Source: Thermodesulfobacteriota bacterium (GTDB taxonomy: Bacteria; Desulfobacterota; Desulfobacteria; Desulfobacterales; SURF-7). From it: DNA of 47,649 nt. The stretch lies in NCBI GenBank assembly GCA_049320885.1, contig JBMORA010000060.1, positions 1 through 47,649 on the forward strand. The letters run 5' to 3'. This document shows positions 37,837 to 47,649 of the stretch, one piece after another. The notes beneath the pieces are model-generated. The model did not search any database, was not told the origin of the DNA, and saw only the letters and a program-made list of their open reading frames with translations. Every line of letters starts with the position of its first letter. Positions within the stretch are counted from its first letter, which is position 1. The position numbers were made by a program, and so were the translations under genes.

Positions 37837-40143
37837 ATGCGCGATAAGCGGAGAAAAATACTGATCTACATCCTGTCCTTCGGCATCCTGACAGGCCTGG
37901 CGGCCGGGGCCGGAATGCTGGTCTACGGCCTGAACCTGTCAACCCTGGTGGAAAACCGCTTTTCCGGCCGGAGATGGCAATTGCCATCCCGGGTGTATTC
38001 CGACGTCACCCTGCTGTATCCGGGCCAGGGCATCCAGCCCGCCCTGTTCCTGCAGAAGCTGGAACGGTTGAATTACCGGAAGGTGAACCGCCTGCCGGAA
38101 AGCAAAGGGGAAATGCGTTTGCGGAAAGACGGGATCGATCTGTACCTGCACGATTCCGGCGCGCCGCCGGAAAAGAGGCCCGGATTCCCGGTGGACATCC
38201 GCCTGGGGGGTAACCGCATTGTCTCCATCACCCGCCCGGACACGAAAGCCTCCCTGGCGGTGCTCGAACTCGAACCTGAAGAACTGGCCCTTTTCTTCGG
38301 GCCGGAACGCGAAAGGCGCCGCCTGGTTGCCGTGCAACAACTGCCGGATCATCTGATTCAGGCGGTGCTGGCCGCCGAAGACGAAAATTTCTACCGTCAC
38401 CACGGTGTTTCCCTGAAAGGCATGCTGCGCGCCGTGTATCACAACCTGAGCCAGGGCGGAATTCGTCAGGGCGGATCCACCATCACCCAGCAACTGGCCA
38501 AGAATTTCTTCCTGACCCCCGAACGCACCATTAAGCGGAAACTGAAGGAAATCCTCATCGCCGCGATCATGGAACTGAAATATCAGAAAGAGGAGATCCT
38601 GGAAATTTATCTGAACGAAATTTATTTCGGCCAGAAAGGTTCGGAATCGGTGAACGGCGTCGGCGAAGCCGCTCTGCTCTATTTCGGCAAACAGGCCGAG
38701 GAGTTGGGTCTTTCCGAGTCGGCCGTGATTGCCGGTCTGATCAAATCGCCCAACCGGTACTCCCCCTATCGGCATCCGGAAGACTGCCGCCGGCGCCGCA
38801 ACCAGGTGTTGCAGGCCATGGCGCAAAACGGCTGGCTGGGGAAAAGCCTTCTGGCGGACCTGGAAGCCGCCCCGGTCAAGACGGCGGGATTCCGCAAACA
38901 GACCCGCAAGGCGCCCTATTTCATTGATTATCTTCATCAGCAATTGGACGCCCTGTACTCCAGGGAGGATCTCGCCAGTCTGGGGTTATCCATTTATACC
39001 ACCCTTGACACCCAGGTCCAGCTGGCGGCCGAGGAAGCGCTTGAAAACGGACTGCAACGCCTGGAAAAACGGATTCCGGCCCTGCGGAAACCGAAACCGG
39101 AAGACCGGCTTCAGGGAGCCGTCATCGTGGTCCAGCCCCGGACCGGGTATATCTTGGCCATGGTGGGGGGGCGCCAATACGGCCGCAGCCAATTCAATCG
39201 CATCACCCAGGCCCGTCGCCAAACCGGCAGCATTTTCAAGCCCTTTGTCTGCCTGAGCGCCCTTAACAAATTCACGCCGGCTTCCTTTTTTTCCAACGCG
39301 CCCCGCTCCTATTCCACGGACCAGGGGAAATGGACGCCCCAAAATTACGAGGAAACGCCGGAAACACCGGTTCCCATGCGCACGGCCCTGGCCCACTCCT
39401 ATAACCGGGCCACGGTGGATATGGCCATGCAGACCGGCCTCGGGGAAGTGATCCGGACGGCGCGGCTCTTCGCTTTTTCAACCGAGCTGCAACCCTACCC
39501 ATCCCTGGCGCTGGGGGCTTTCGAAGCCATCCCCTTGGAGATGGCCAGGGCCTATTGCACCTTCGCCGCCGACGGATTCCAGCCGTATCTCCTGGCGGTC
39601 AAGGACATCGCCGATACCGGCGGCCGGTTTCTGAGCCGAAGGCACATCCAGGTCAAACAGATCATCCCGGCCGCCAAGGCCTATCTGATTACCTCCATGC
39701 TGCGCAGTGTCGTCACCGAAGGCACGGCCCGCCGGCTCTCAACCCTGCCGGAACCGTTTCCGTCCGCGGGTAAAACCGGAACCACCAACCAATACCGGGA
39801 TGCCTGGTATGTGGGGTACACACCCGATATCCTGGCGTTGATCTGGGTGGGATTCGACAACGGCGGCTCGATCCGGGCCGCCGGTTCCGCGGCGGCGCTG
39901 CCCATCTGGGCGGACCTGATGCGGGCCATTCCCCAACACCTTTCCGGCAACTGGTTTCCCGTGCCCCCCGGCGTCGTTACGGTGACCATCTGCCGGGAAT
40001 CCGGCTGGATGGCCGGTTCCGGCTGTCCGGAAACCCTGGAGGAAGTGTTTCTGGAGGAAAACCAGCCCGCCATGGAATGCCCCTTGCACAGTTCGAATCT
40101 TTTCCACCATATTTTGAAAGGAATCAAAGACGTTGTTGAATAG
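37837..40143 (+). CDS. mrcB: Class A penicillin-binding protein, PBP1B-like
   Basis: N-terminal TM, UB2H-like insert (RRWQLPSRVYS..EPE), GT motifs EDENFYRHHG and GGSTITQQL, TP motifs SIFK, SYN, KTGT. Confidence 0.88.
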   Translation: MRDKRRKILIYILSFGILTGLAAGAGMLVYGLNLSTLVENRFSGRRWQLPSRVYSDVTLLYPGQGIQPALFLQKLERLNYRKVNRLPESKGEMRLRKDGIDLYLHDSGAPPEKRPGFPVDIRLGGNRIVSITRPDTKASLAVLELEPEELALFFGPERERRRLVAVQQLPDHLIQAVLAAEDENFYRHHGVSLKGMLRAVYHNLSQGGIRQGGSTITQQLAKNFFLTPERTIKRKLKEILIAAIMELKYQKEEILEIYLNEIYFGQKGSESVNGVGEAALLYFGKQAEELGLSESAVIAGLIKSPNRYSPYRHPEDCRRRRNQVLQAMAQNGWLGKSLLADLEAAPVKTAGFRKQTRKAPYFIDYLHQQLDALYSREDLASLGLSIYTTLDTQVQLAAEEALENGLQRLEKRIPALRKPKPEDRLQGAVIVVQPRTGYILAMVGGRQYGRSQFNRITQARRQTGSIFKPFVCLSALNKFTPASFFSNAPRSYSTDQGKWTPQNYEETPETPVPMRTALAHSYNRATVDMAMQTGLGEVIRTARLFAFSTELQPYPSLALGAFEAIPLEMARAYCTFAADGFQPYLLAVKDIADTGGRFLSRRHIQVKQIIPAAKAYLITSMLRSVVTEGTARRLSTLPEPFPSAGKTGTTNQYRDAWYVGYTPDILALIWVGFDNGGSIRAAGSAAALPIWADLMRAIPQHLSGNWFPVPPGVVTVTICRESGWMAGSGCPETLEEVFLEENQPAMECPLHSSNLFHHILKGIKDVVE

Positions 40144-40663
40144 CATCCAACGGATTTTCGTATCGGCGCTTTGCATGTCGCTGTGTCTGTACCCGGCGGG
40201 CTGCGGTATCGAACAACGGACGGCGACGCCGGAACAGCCGCCCCAGCTTGTAACACCGGAAGAGCCGCCGCAGCTTGGGCCGCCGGCTACCAATCCCTTG
40301 CAACCATTGCCGGAAAAACAGGCGCCCCCGCCCCCTTCCAGCCCGCCGCCCGCCTCCCGCGTTCCGGAAAAACCACCGCTCGATGCACGGGGCAAAGCCG
40401 CCCTTGCAATCTCGCGCCAGGCCGAGGACCATCTCGCCAAGCATCAACCGGAACCGGCCATTCAGTTGCTGGAACGCGCCATCAACCTCGATCCCCACAA
40501 CGGCCGGACCTATTTTCACATGGCCCGGGCCTGGATGATGAAAGGCAATCAGGACCAGGCCCTCGAATTCAACCGCCTGGCGGAAATTCATCTCGGCTCC
40601 GATCCGGCATGGCAGGACCGTATCGCCGGCCAGCGGAACATCATCGAACGCATGAAACCGTAA
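40133..40663 (+). CDS. TPR lipoprotein with Pro-rich linker (LpoP-like)
   Basis: Lipobox [20 protein letters not shown] repeat. [19 protein letters not shown]. Overlaps the mrcB stop. Confidence 0.8.
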   Translation: MLNSIQRIFVSALCMSLCLYPAGCGIEQRTATPEQPPQLVTPEEPPQLGPPATNPLQPLPEKQAPPPPSSPPPASRVPEKPPLDARGKAALAISRQAEDHLAKHQPEPAIQLLERAINLDPHNGRTYFHMARAWMMKGNQDQALEFNRLAEIHLGSDPAWQDRIAGQRNIIERMKP

Positions 40664-40773
40664 AAAAGCTTGCAAGAATCCTACGGATGGTTATATTCGC
40701 CGGTGGATTTGAAGGACGTGCCGGTTTCCCCACCGAATCCGGCTTGAATCGGGCATGGATAAGAAAGCAGGCG

Positions 40774-42363
<1,590 letters not shown>

Positions 42364-42411
42364 TCCTCCCACTCATCCGGGAAGGGAATCTCTCGTAATG
42401 TGGGGACGCCC

Positions 42412-42732
42412 TTAATATATTAACTTAATCCAAAAGCAATCGACGGCATCCACCGCCATATGGATGAGAAGGCCGACGGCGACAATCCTGGTTTTCGGCA
42501 GGGCCGTCATCAGCAGGTAGATCAGAATCGCGGAACCCGAGTGCAGGGGATGGAACCCGATGCTGCAGCGGTTCGGGTCGAAAACCGGAACTGCCGCCAG
42601 ATGATCCAGATCGACGATCATGGCCGCCAGCATGATGCCCCAGGCCCGTTTCCATCGGTCGGTGAATCCCAGCCGGGCCGCGGCGGCCGGCAGAAAGAGA
42701 TGCAGGGCTATATGAACCGAACCTCGCAACAT
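42412..42732 (-). CDS. Small membrane protein (DUF6122-like)
   Basis: HIALH, VDLDHL..PVFDPNRCSIGFHPLHS, HMAVD. Confidence 0.85.
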   Translation of the reverse strand: MLRGSVHIALHLFLPAAAARLGFTDRWKRAWGIMLAAMIVDLDHLAAVPVFDPNRCSIGFHPLHSGSAILIYLLMTALPKTRIVAVGLLIHMAVDAVDCFWIKLIY

Positions 42733-42777
42733 GCGTCAGGAGTCCTTTTCAACCACTCGCTCCGCTTCACGAAGAGC

Positions 42778-43314
42778 TCAAAGCCCTTCCTGCTGCGGCT
42801 TTATCTGTTTCAATCCGCATTGATATTTCCGGGTGAGTTCCCGATAGGCCTTGACCCCCAGGGCCAGCATCTCCCGGTGGCGCACTTCCGTATCCTTGAC
42901 CGGCGCCGCCGGTGACCCGGCAACGATTTTTCCCGGCGGGATATGCTGGTTTTTCCGCACCAGCGTCTGCTCGGCCACGATTACGCCGCTTCCGATGACA
43001 GCCCCCTCGCAAATCATCGCCTGCATTCCGATCAGCGTATCGTCGGCAATGGCAGCGTCGTGAACCATGGCCATATGTCCGATGATGACCCGGTTGCCGA
43101 TCTCGGTCCGGACTGCCGTGTGGATGACCACATTGTCCTCCACTACGGTTTCGTCTCCAATGATAATGGGACCGAAATCCCCTCGGATCACGGCTCCGAA
43201 ACCGATATGGCAATTCCTGCCGAGCCGCACGTCACCGATCACCGCCGCATTGGGCGCGATCCAGGTGCCCGGCCCGATCACCGGCTGCCTGCCGTCGAGT
43301 TCATATACCGGCAT
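42778..43314 (-). CDS. Gamma carbonic anhydrase family protein
   Basis: Hexapeptide repeats, AVIRGD, DNVVIH, IGHMAMVH, GSPA. RBS AGGAGG. Confidence 0.9.
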   Translation of the reverse strand: MPVYELDGRQPVIGPGTWIAPNAAVIGDVRLGRNCHIGFGAVIRGDFGPIIIGDETVVEDNVVIHTAVRTEIGNRVIIGHMAMVHDAAIADDTLIGMQAMICEGAVIGSGVIVAEQTLVRKNQHIPPGKIVAGSPAAPVKDTEVRHREMLALGVKAYRELTRKYQCGLKQIKPQQEGL

Positions 43315-43330
43315 CGATCCTCCTGGGATG

Positions 43331-44161
43331 TCAACGCGAAGTGTTGGTTCCTGAATGCAACCCGGCCATGGACGGGGGTAGATGAAGTTCTCCCTCGGCA
43401 TAGAGCGCCGCATACCCCGAAATCTTCACCCGATCGCCCAGATCCTCGCAGAACAGTTCTCCCCCACGCCTGGACAACTGGAGGGCATGCAGTTCCGTTT
43501 TTTTCAATTGACCGGCCCAATAGGGAATCAGGGTGCAATGGGCCGAACCGGTAACCGGATCTTCCGGGATACCCGCGTTGGGAGCGAAAAAACGCGACAC
43601 GAAATCCGATTGATCGCCCGGCGCCGTGACGATCACCGCAAATGCGTCCCGAATCTGTTTCAATTGATCAAAATCCGGCTGCATGTCCCGTATCACGGCT
43701 TCCGCCTCAAAAACCGCCAGCAGATCCCTGGAGCGAAAAACCGCCAGCGGCTCCGCGCCCAGGGCCCGGGCGAGCAGCGGGGGCGTCTCCGCCGGCGAAG
43801 CTGGTCTGGACGGGAAATCCATGGACAAAAGGTCATTGGATCGGGACACCGACAACAGACCGCTGGCGGTGACGAAATCGACCACGGAAAGGGATTTGTC
43901 CAGGAATGAAAAAACGACAAAGGCGCTCGCCAGGGTGGCGTGCCCGCACAGATCGATTTCCACGGCGGGGGTGAACCAGCGCAGAGCATAGCGCCCTTTT
44001 GATTTTTTCACCAGGAAGGCCGTCTCGGAAAGATTGTTTTCCGCCGCGATCTCCTGCAGCAGACCGTTGTCCGGCCAAGAATCCAGCAGGCAGACGGCGG
44101 CCGGATTACCGCCGAAAATCCGGCTGGTGAATGCGTCCACCTGGTAAAACGGTATTTTCAT
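43331..44161 (-). CDS. PhzF family isomerase
   Basis: QVDAFT, GGNPAAV, NNLSETAF, LCGHATLA, EDPVTGSAH. Confidence 0.95.
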   Translation of the reverse strand: MKIPFYQVDAFTSRIFGGNPAAVCLLDSWPDNGLLQEIAAENNLSETAFLVKKSKGRYALRWFTPAVEIDLCGHATLASAFVVFSFLDKSLSVVDFVTASGLLSVSRSNDLLSMDFPSRPASPAETPPLLARALGAEPLAVFRSRDLLAVFEAEAVIRDMQPDFDQLKQIRDAFAVIVTAPGDQSDFVSRFFAPNAGIPEDPVTGSAHCTLIPYWAGQLKKTELHALQLSRRGGELFCEDLGDRVKISGYAALYAEGELHLPPSMAGLHSGTNTSR

Positions 44162-44216
44162 GGATCACTCCTTCATGGACGGGGGATCAACCTGCCGCCA
44201 TGGTCCTCTCTTTCGT

Positions 44217-44603
44217 CTATTCTTCCTCCGGCAGGGGCAGACAACCGCGCCGTCCCAGCCAGGTCAAACCATATCCCCACGCCAGGCACATTCCGGATAT
44301 GACTCGGACAATAAGGTTAAAAAAGGCCCGCAGCAGGACTTTGCCAAGAAAATGAAAGGCGATGGCATTCAACCGGGTGAGCCAAAGCCCATAGCCCATA
44401 AGGAGAATGAAAAAGAGTGGCAAGAACAGAACCGTCTCGGCCTTATCGGATAGACCGTCAAGAAGAATGGAAACCAGCCGGGATACCGGCAGCATGCCGA
44501 TCAACGAGCCGAAAAGGGCCAGAACCTGCCAGCCGATGCCTCTCGGCTTGTACAATATGCCGTGCGGCGTCTCTCTGTTATCTTGGATATCCCCGCCCGC
44601 CAT
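44217..44603 (-). CDS. Hypothetical membrane protein
   Basis: RBS AGGAG upstream. Two to three hydrophobic segments. Confidence 0.6.
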   Translation of the reverse strand: MAGGDIQDNRETPHGILYKPRGIGWQVLALFGSLIGMLPVSRLVSILLDGLSDKAETVLFLPLFFILLMGYGLWLTRLNAIAFHFLGKVLLRAFFNLIVRVISGMCLAWGYGLTWLGRRGCLPLPEEE

Positions 44604-44796
44604 GGGATGTTCTCCTGTGGAATCCTTTCAATGAAAACAGAACCGGACTGGCAGGGGATTATATGCCAAAAAAACCGCCTATGACAACAACAACATTCTC
44701 CTGATTCCCTCAAATGCAAAGAAACTGGGGGGATATTTCAGGGAGGATTATATACAAAATTGCCAACTGAGATTCAACGCATTGCCGACCATATAG

Positions 44797-44967
44797 TTAA
44801 GCACTGCCAAACCGCCCATCACAGTCCCTTATATTTTTTATACTCCTCCGGTTATTTACTGAATCTGCCAATGCGGCAACAACATCGGCGATGACAAACC
44901 ACCATTCATTTTCATGAAATGTCCGGCGGATATCCTAGTTCTTGAAAGCGGCCGATCCGGATTCCAT
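44797..44967 (-). pseudogene. Bro-N domain gene, N-terminal fragment (not in the ORF track)
   Basis: RBS GAGGA. Reads MESGSAAFKN*DIRRTFHENEWWFVIADVVAALADSVN..IKNIRD. In-frame TAG at 44935..44937. Confidence 0.75.
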
Positions 44968-45091
44968 TCGATTCCTCATCCTCCGGTTTGTTTACCAGAT
45001 CCTGCAGTTTCGAGATAGAAAAAGGGTGATTGGTCGGACCGTGAACCGTGCCGGCCGGTTTTTTCGGTCATAAACGAATGGTTCGGTGCGC

Positions 45092-45496
45092 CTATTTGAT
45101 CCAATTCTCAATCCGTAACCGCTTGACTCTCAAAAATTCTTTCTCGTTATTGGTAACCAGTATGATATCGTTGCTTACGGCGTGGGCAGCTATCAGCGTA
45201 TCGAAAGGTCCAATGACTTCGCCTCTTGTTTCCAAATCATGACGAATTTCGCCGTAGAGATTGGCCGCTTGATGGTCATATGGGAGTATTTCCAGTGGCG
45301 CGAGGAATTCTTCCACTCGCTGCCTATTGAGTTTCGGATGCTTGCTTTTACATGCTCCATATTGTAATTCGGAAACGGTAATGGTTGAAACGCCAATCTC
45401 ACCCACATGAAATTGTTTAAATTTATGGATAATTTCGATGGGTCTGCGATTCATTATGTAAATGCAGATATTCGTGTCCAATAAATATTTAATCAA
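45092..45496 (-). CDS. vapC: PIN-domain toxin VapC
   Basis: YLLDTNICI, ITVSELQYG, IGPFDTLIAAHA, LVTNNEKEF. TTG start overlaps the vapB stop. Confidence 0.93.
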   Translation of the reverse strand: MIKYLLDTNICIYIMNRRPIEIIHKFKQFHVGEIGVSTITVSELQYGACKSKHPKLNRQRVEEFLAPLEILPYDHQAANLYGEIRHDLETRGEVIGPFDTLIAAHAVSNDIILVTNNEKEFLRVKRLRIENWIK

Positions 45497-45728
45497 GACT
45501 TTCGCGCTCCTGTTGTTGGCCCGGTTGGTTTCTTTCGATGATGAGCGACGTATCATGCTTCAGCAAATTCTTTTCCCAAAGATCCCATACGGATTGATTT
45601 TTTGAAAGTAAAAGCACCCCGCCGGCAACTTTCTTGATATATACCTCCGTGCCCTCGAACCGATAGGCTTTTGGTAACCGTACAGCCTGGCTGCGACCAT
45701 TATCGAATAATTTAGCAGTTTCCATCAT
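45489..45728 (-). CDS. vapB: AbrB-type antitoxin VapB
   Basis: METAKLFDNGRSQAVRLPKAYRF, ERNQP..QERE. RBS GGGAGG. Confidence 0.93.
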   Translation of the reverse strand: MMETAKLFDNGRSQAVRLPKAYRFEGTEVYIKKVAGGVLLLSKNQSVWDLWEKNLLKHDTSLIIERNQPGQQQERESLD

Positions 45729-45742
45729 TGCCCTCCCGCAAC

Positions 45743-45786
45743 TTGGTTTATACCGTATAGTATATACCAACCGAACAGCATGTCAA
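45743..45786 (-). promoter_or_regulatory. vapBC promoter with overlapping inverted-repeat operator
   Basis: Minus strand TTGACA-16 bp-TATACT. Inverted repeat ttggtttatac/gtatataccaa (10/11) at 45743..45770. Confidence 0.7.
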
Positions 45787-45831
45787 CCGAATCACGTCCG
45801 TCGTGGCGGACCTGTCAGGGAGCGCGTGTTG

Positions 45832-46226
45832 TTAGCAGCCGCCCCCTGGATCGATCGTACAATTTTCCGGTATGATCGTGCTTTTCCCGATTTCCGCCTC
45901 CAGTTTTTCCCGCGCTTCGCCGGATATCCGTCCGCCCTTTCGCGCCGCCGCCCTGAATTCAGCAAATCCCCTGGCATCCAGCTTCCGGGCAATCTCCGCG
46001 GTGGCCGCCGCCCCCAGCATGGAGAAAATCAGTTCAAGCTCCGTGCAACACTCGCGGGTACGCTTGATGGCCGCCTCCGGGTCGTCGATCTCCTGCATCC
46101 GCTCGCAGCCGATTTTCGCCAGCCAGCGCTTGGAGGGTTCAGCCTTGGCGGAAGGCATGGATTGAAGGATGCGGAAAATCCCCTCGGTATTGGCGCAATT
46201 CATTTTTTGCCGCCCACCTGGCGTGT
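45832..46226 (-). pseudogene. Bro-N family (phage antirepressor-like) gene, C-terminal fragment with internal deletion
   Basis: TPGGRQKMNCANTEGIFRILQSMPSAKAEPSKRWLAKIGCER..KRTRE joins directly to TELELIFSMLG..GGRISGEAREKLE. No N-terminus; the 5' end runs into the CRISPR repeat. Confidence 0.75.
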
Positions 46227-47649
46227 GCGGAGAACGGAAGGCGATGGCAAAATATCCCGATATTTTCAACGGTTCATCCCCGCGTGTGCGGGGAACGGAT
46301 GGTTTTTCTTCCGGCCATTTCTCTTTCCCCCGGTTCATCCCCGCGTGTGCGGGGAACGGGTTTTAATCCTCCTACTCGTTCCATCGATAACCGGTTCATC
46401 CCCGCGTGTGCGGGGAACGGTTTCCATTGTCAAGATGGTTACACCGATTGGACGGTTCATCCCCGCGTGTGCGGGGAACGGTTTTCATTTTTTTCAGCTT
46501 TTTCTACTTTTTCCGGTTCATCCCCGCGTGTGCGGGGAACGGGCAATCAGCATCCAGTCTGTATTCTTGTATGGCGGTTCATCCCCGCGTGTGCGGGGAA
46601 CGGCGGGTTTTGCCGATCTGGTGGATGGTCTGGACCGGTTCATCCCCGCGTGTGCGGGGAACGGGAATGCGCTTTTCAGTTTGTTCATTTTTTTTTCCGG
46701 TTCATCCCCGCGTGTGCGGGGAACGGATTTTTCCTTTTTTTAAAAGGGAATGCTTTCCCGGTTCATCCCCGCGTGTGCGGGGAACGGGCAGTGAGCATTT
46801 CATCATCAACTGCGATTATCGGTTCATCCCCGCGTGTGCGGGGAACGGAATACCACCAGTATTTAACCCGTAAAAAGCAGCGGTTCATCCCCGCGTGTGC
46901 GGGGAACGGACGCGATGGTTTCTCGTGCTGTCTGGTTGCCGCGGTTCATCCCCGCGTGTGCGGGGAACGGCAGCCACCGATAACGTAACGCTTGCCGGCA
47001 ATCGGTTCATCCCCGCGTGTGCGGGGAACGGAGTATTGTCGCGTCCATTGTGTAACATGCTTGCGGTTCATCCCCGCGTGTGCGGGGAACGGGGAGGTGC
47101 GGTTGGAAACCATTGCATCTGACTCGGTTCATCCCCGCGTGTGCGGGGAACGGGGTTGGCCGCGGTGGATGTTATTCTGGATATGCGGTTCATCCCCGCG
47201 TGTGCGGGGAACGGTGATGTCGGCTCTTATTGACATGTTATGTCTCCGGTTCATCCCCGCGTGTGCGGGGAACGGATCTGCCGTTCCTGGTCGGGCTTGA
47301 TTTTCACCGGTTCATCCCCGCGTGTGCGGGGAACGGACAACGTCAAGATCAAGCGTACGGGCGGGAACCGGTTCATCCCCGCGTGTGCGGGGAACGGCGG
47401 ACGTTGGGTAATGTTCGAATTTATAATGACGGTTCATCCCCGCGTGTGCGGGGAACGGGTGTGGAACTCCGACTGATCGACGAACATTTTCGGTTCATCC
47501 CCGCGTGTGCGGGGAACGGTTTGGGGGGGGCATATGAAAATAAAATACAATCGGTTCATCCCCGCGTGTGCGGGGAACGGTGAAGTCGTCATCCATTGAG
47601 TTTTCCGTATGGCGGTTCATCCCCGCGTGTGCGGGGAACGGATATCCTA
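46209..47649 (-). CRISPR. Type I-E-like CRISPR array, trailer end; continues beyond the window
   Basis: 23 identical 29-bp repeats (minus strand CCGTTCCCCGCACACGCGGGGATGAACCG; first 46270..46298, last 47613..47641). One degenerate repeat at 46209..46237. 23 complete spacers of 32 bp (one 33 bp). Orientation inferred from similarity to the E. coli I-E repeat and the position of the degenerate repeat. Confidence 0.98.

Noticed and set aside
40171..40773. Apparent 200-aa N-terminal extension of RF3 (similar extensions on ndk, FmdB and the kinase ORF)
   Set aside because: Overlaps other genes or promoters; family-typical starts lie downstream.
45781..45837. Possible integron attC after the Bro C-fragment (minus strand TGCTAAC...GTTGACA, 57 bp), and a weaker one after vapC
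   Set aside because: The R boxes pair at only 5/7 and miss consensus, L-box spacing is non-canonical, GTTGACA is explained by the vapBC -35 box, and no integrase is present. An IntegronFinder hit would reopen this.
46284..47583. ORFs across the CRISPR array (RFIPACAGN / VHPRVCGER / GSSPRVRGT repeats)
   Set aside because: Translation artefacts of the repeat-spacer structure.
46543..47612. Resemblance between spacers 46543..46574 and 47581..47612 (catcca...gtatgg)
   Set aside because: Needs a gap and many mismatches; consistent with chance.
46238..47649. Self-targeting spacers
   Set aside because: No match to this window noticed by eye. This is not an exhaustive search and needs blastn.

Overview
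Bacterial chromosomal segment of moderately high GC. Gene content suggests Desulfobacterota/deltaproteobacteria (inference). About 986-44603 is mostly housekeeping and accessory genes: two ABC-F ATPases incl. ettA, an ABC-2 exporter, acetyl-CoA hydrolase/transferase, Deg protease, nitroreductase, macrodomain protein, ndk, trmJ-like, LysM lytic transglycosylase, transporters, cysE, cheR, mrcB plus a TPR lipoprotein, prfC, gamma-CA and PhzF. The ORF track misses or truncates several features. One is a HesB/IscA-like gene with an in-frame UGA at a Cys-equivalent site (probable selenoprotein, 16020-16334). Two more are gene remnants. A sensorless histidine kinase has Gln in place of its phospho-acceptor His. 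The right end holds the trailer end of a type I-E-like CRISPR array (23 identical 29-bp repeats plus one degenerate terminal repeat, running out of the window; no cas genes visible). Next to it is a ~1.4-kb unit in which vapBC lies between two apparently complementary halves of a decayed Bro-N gene in permuted order (C-half, vapBC, N-half). The C-half is fused directly into the terminal CRISPR repeat. Family calls come from motif recognition only; no searches were run.
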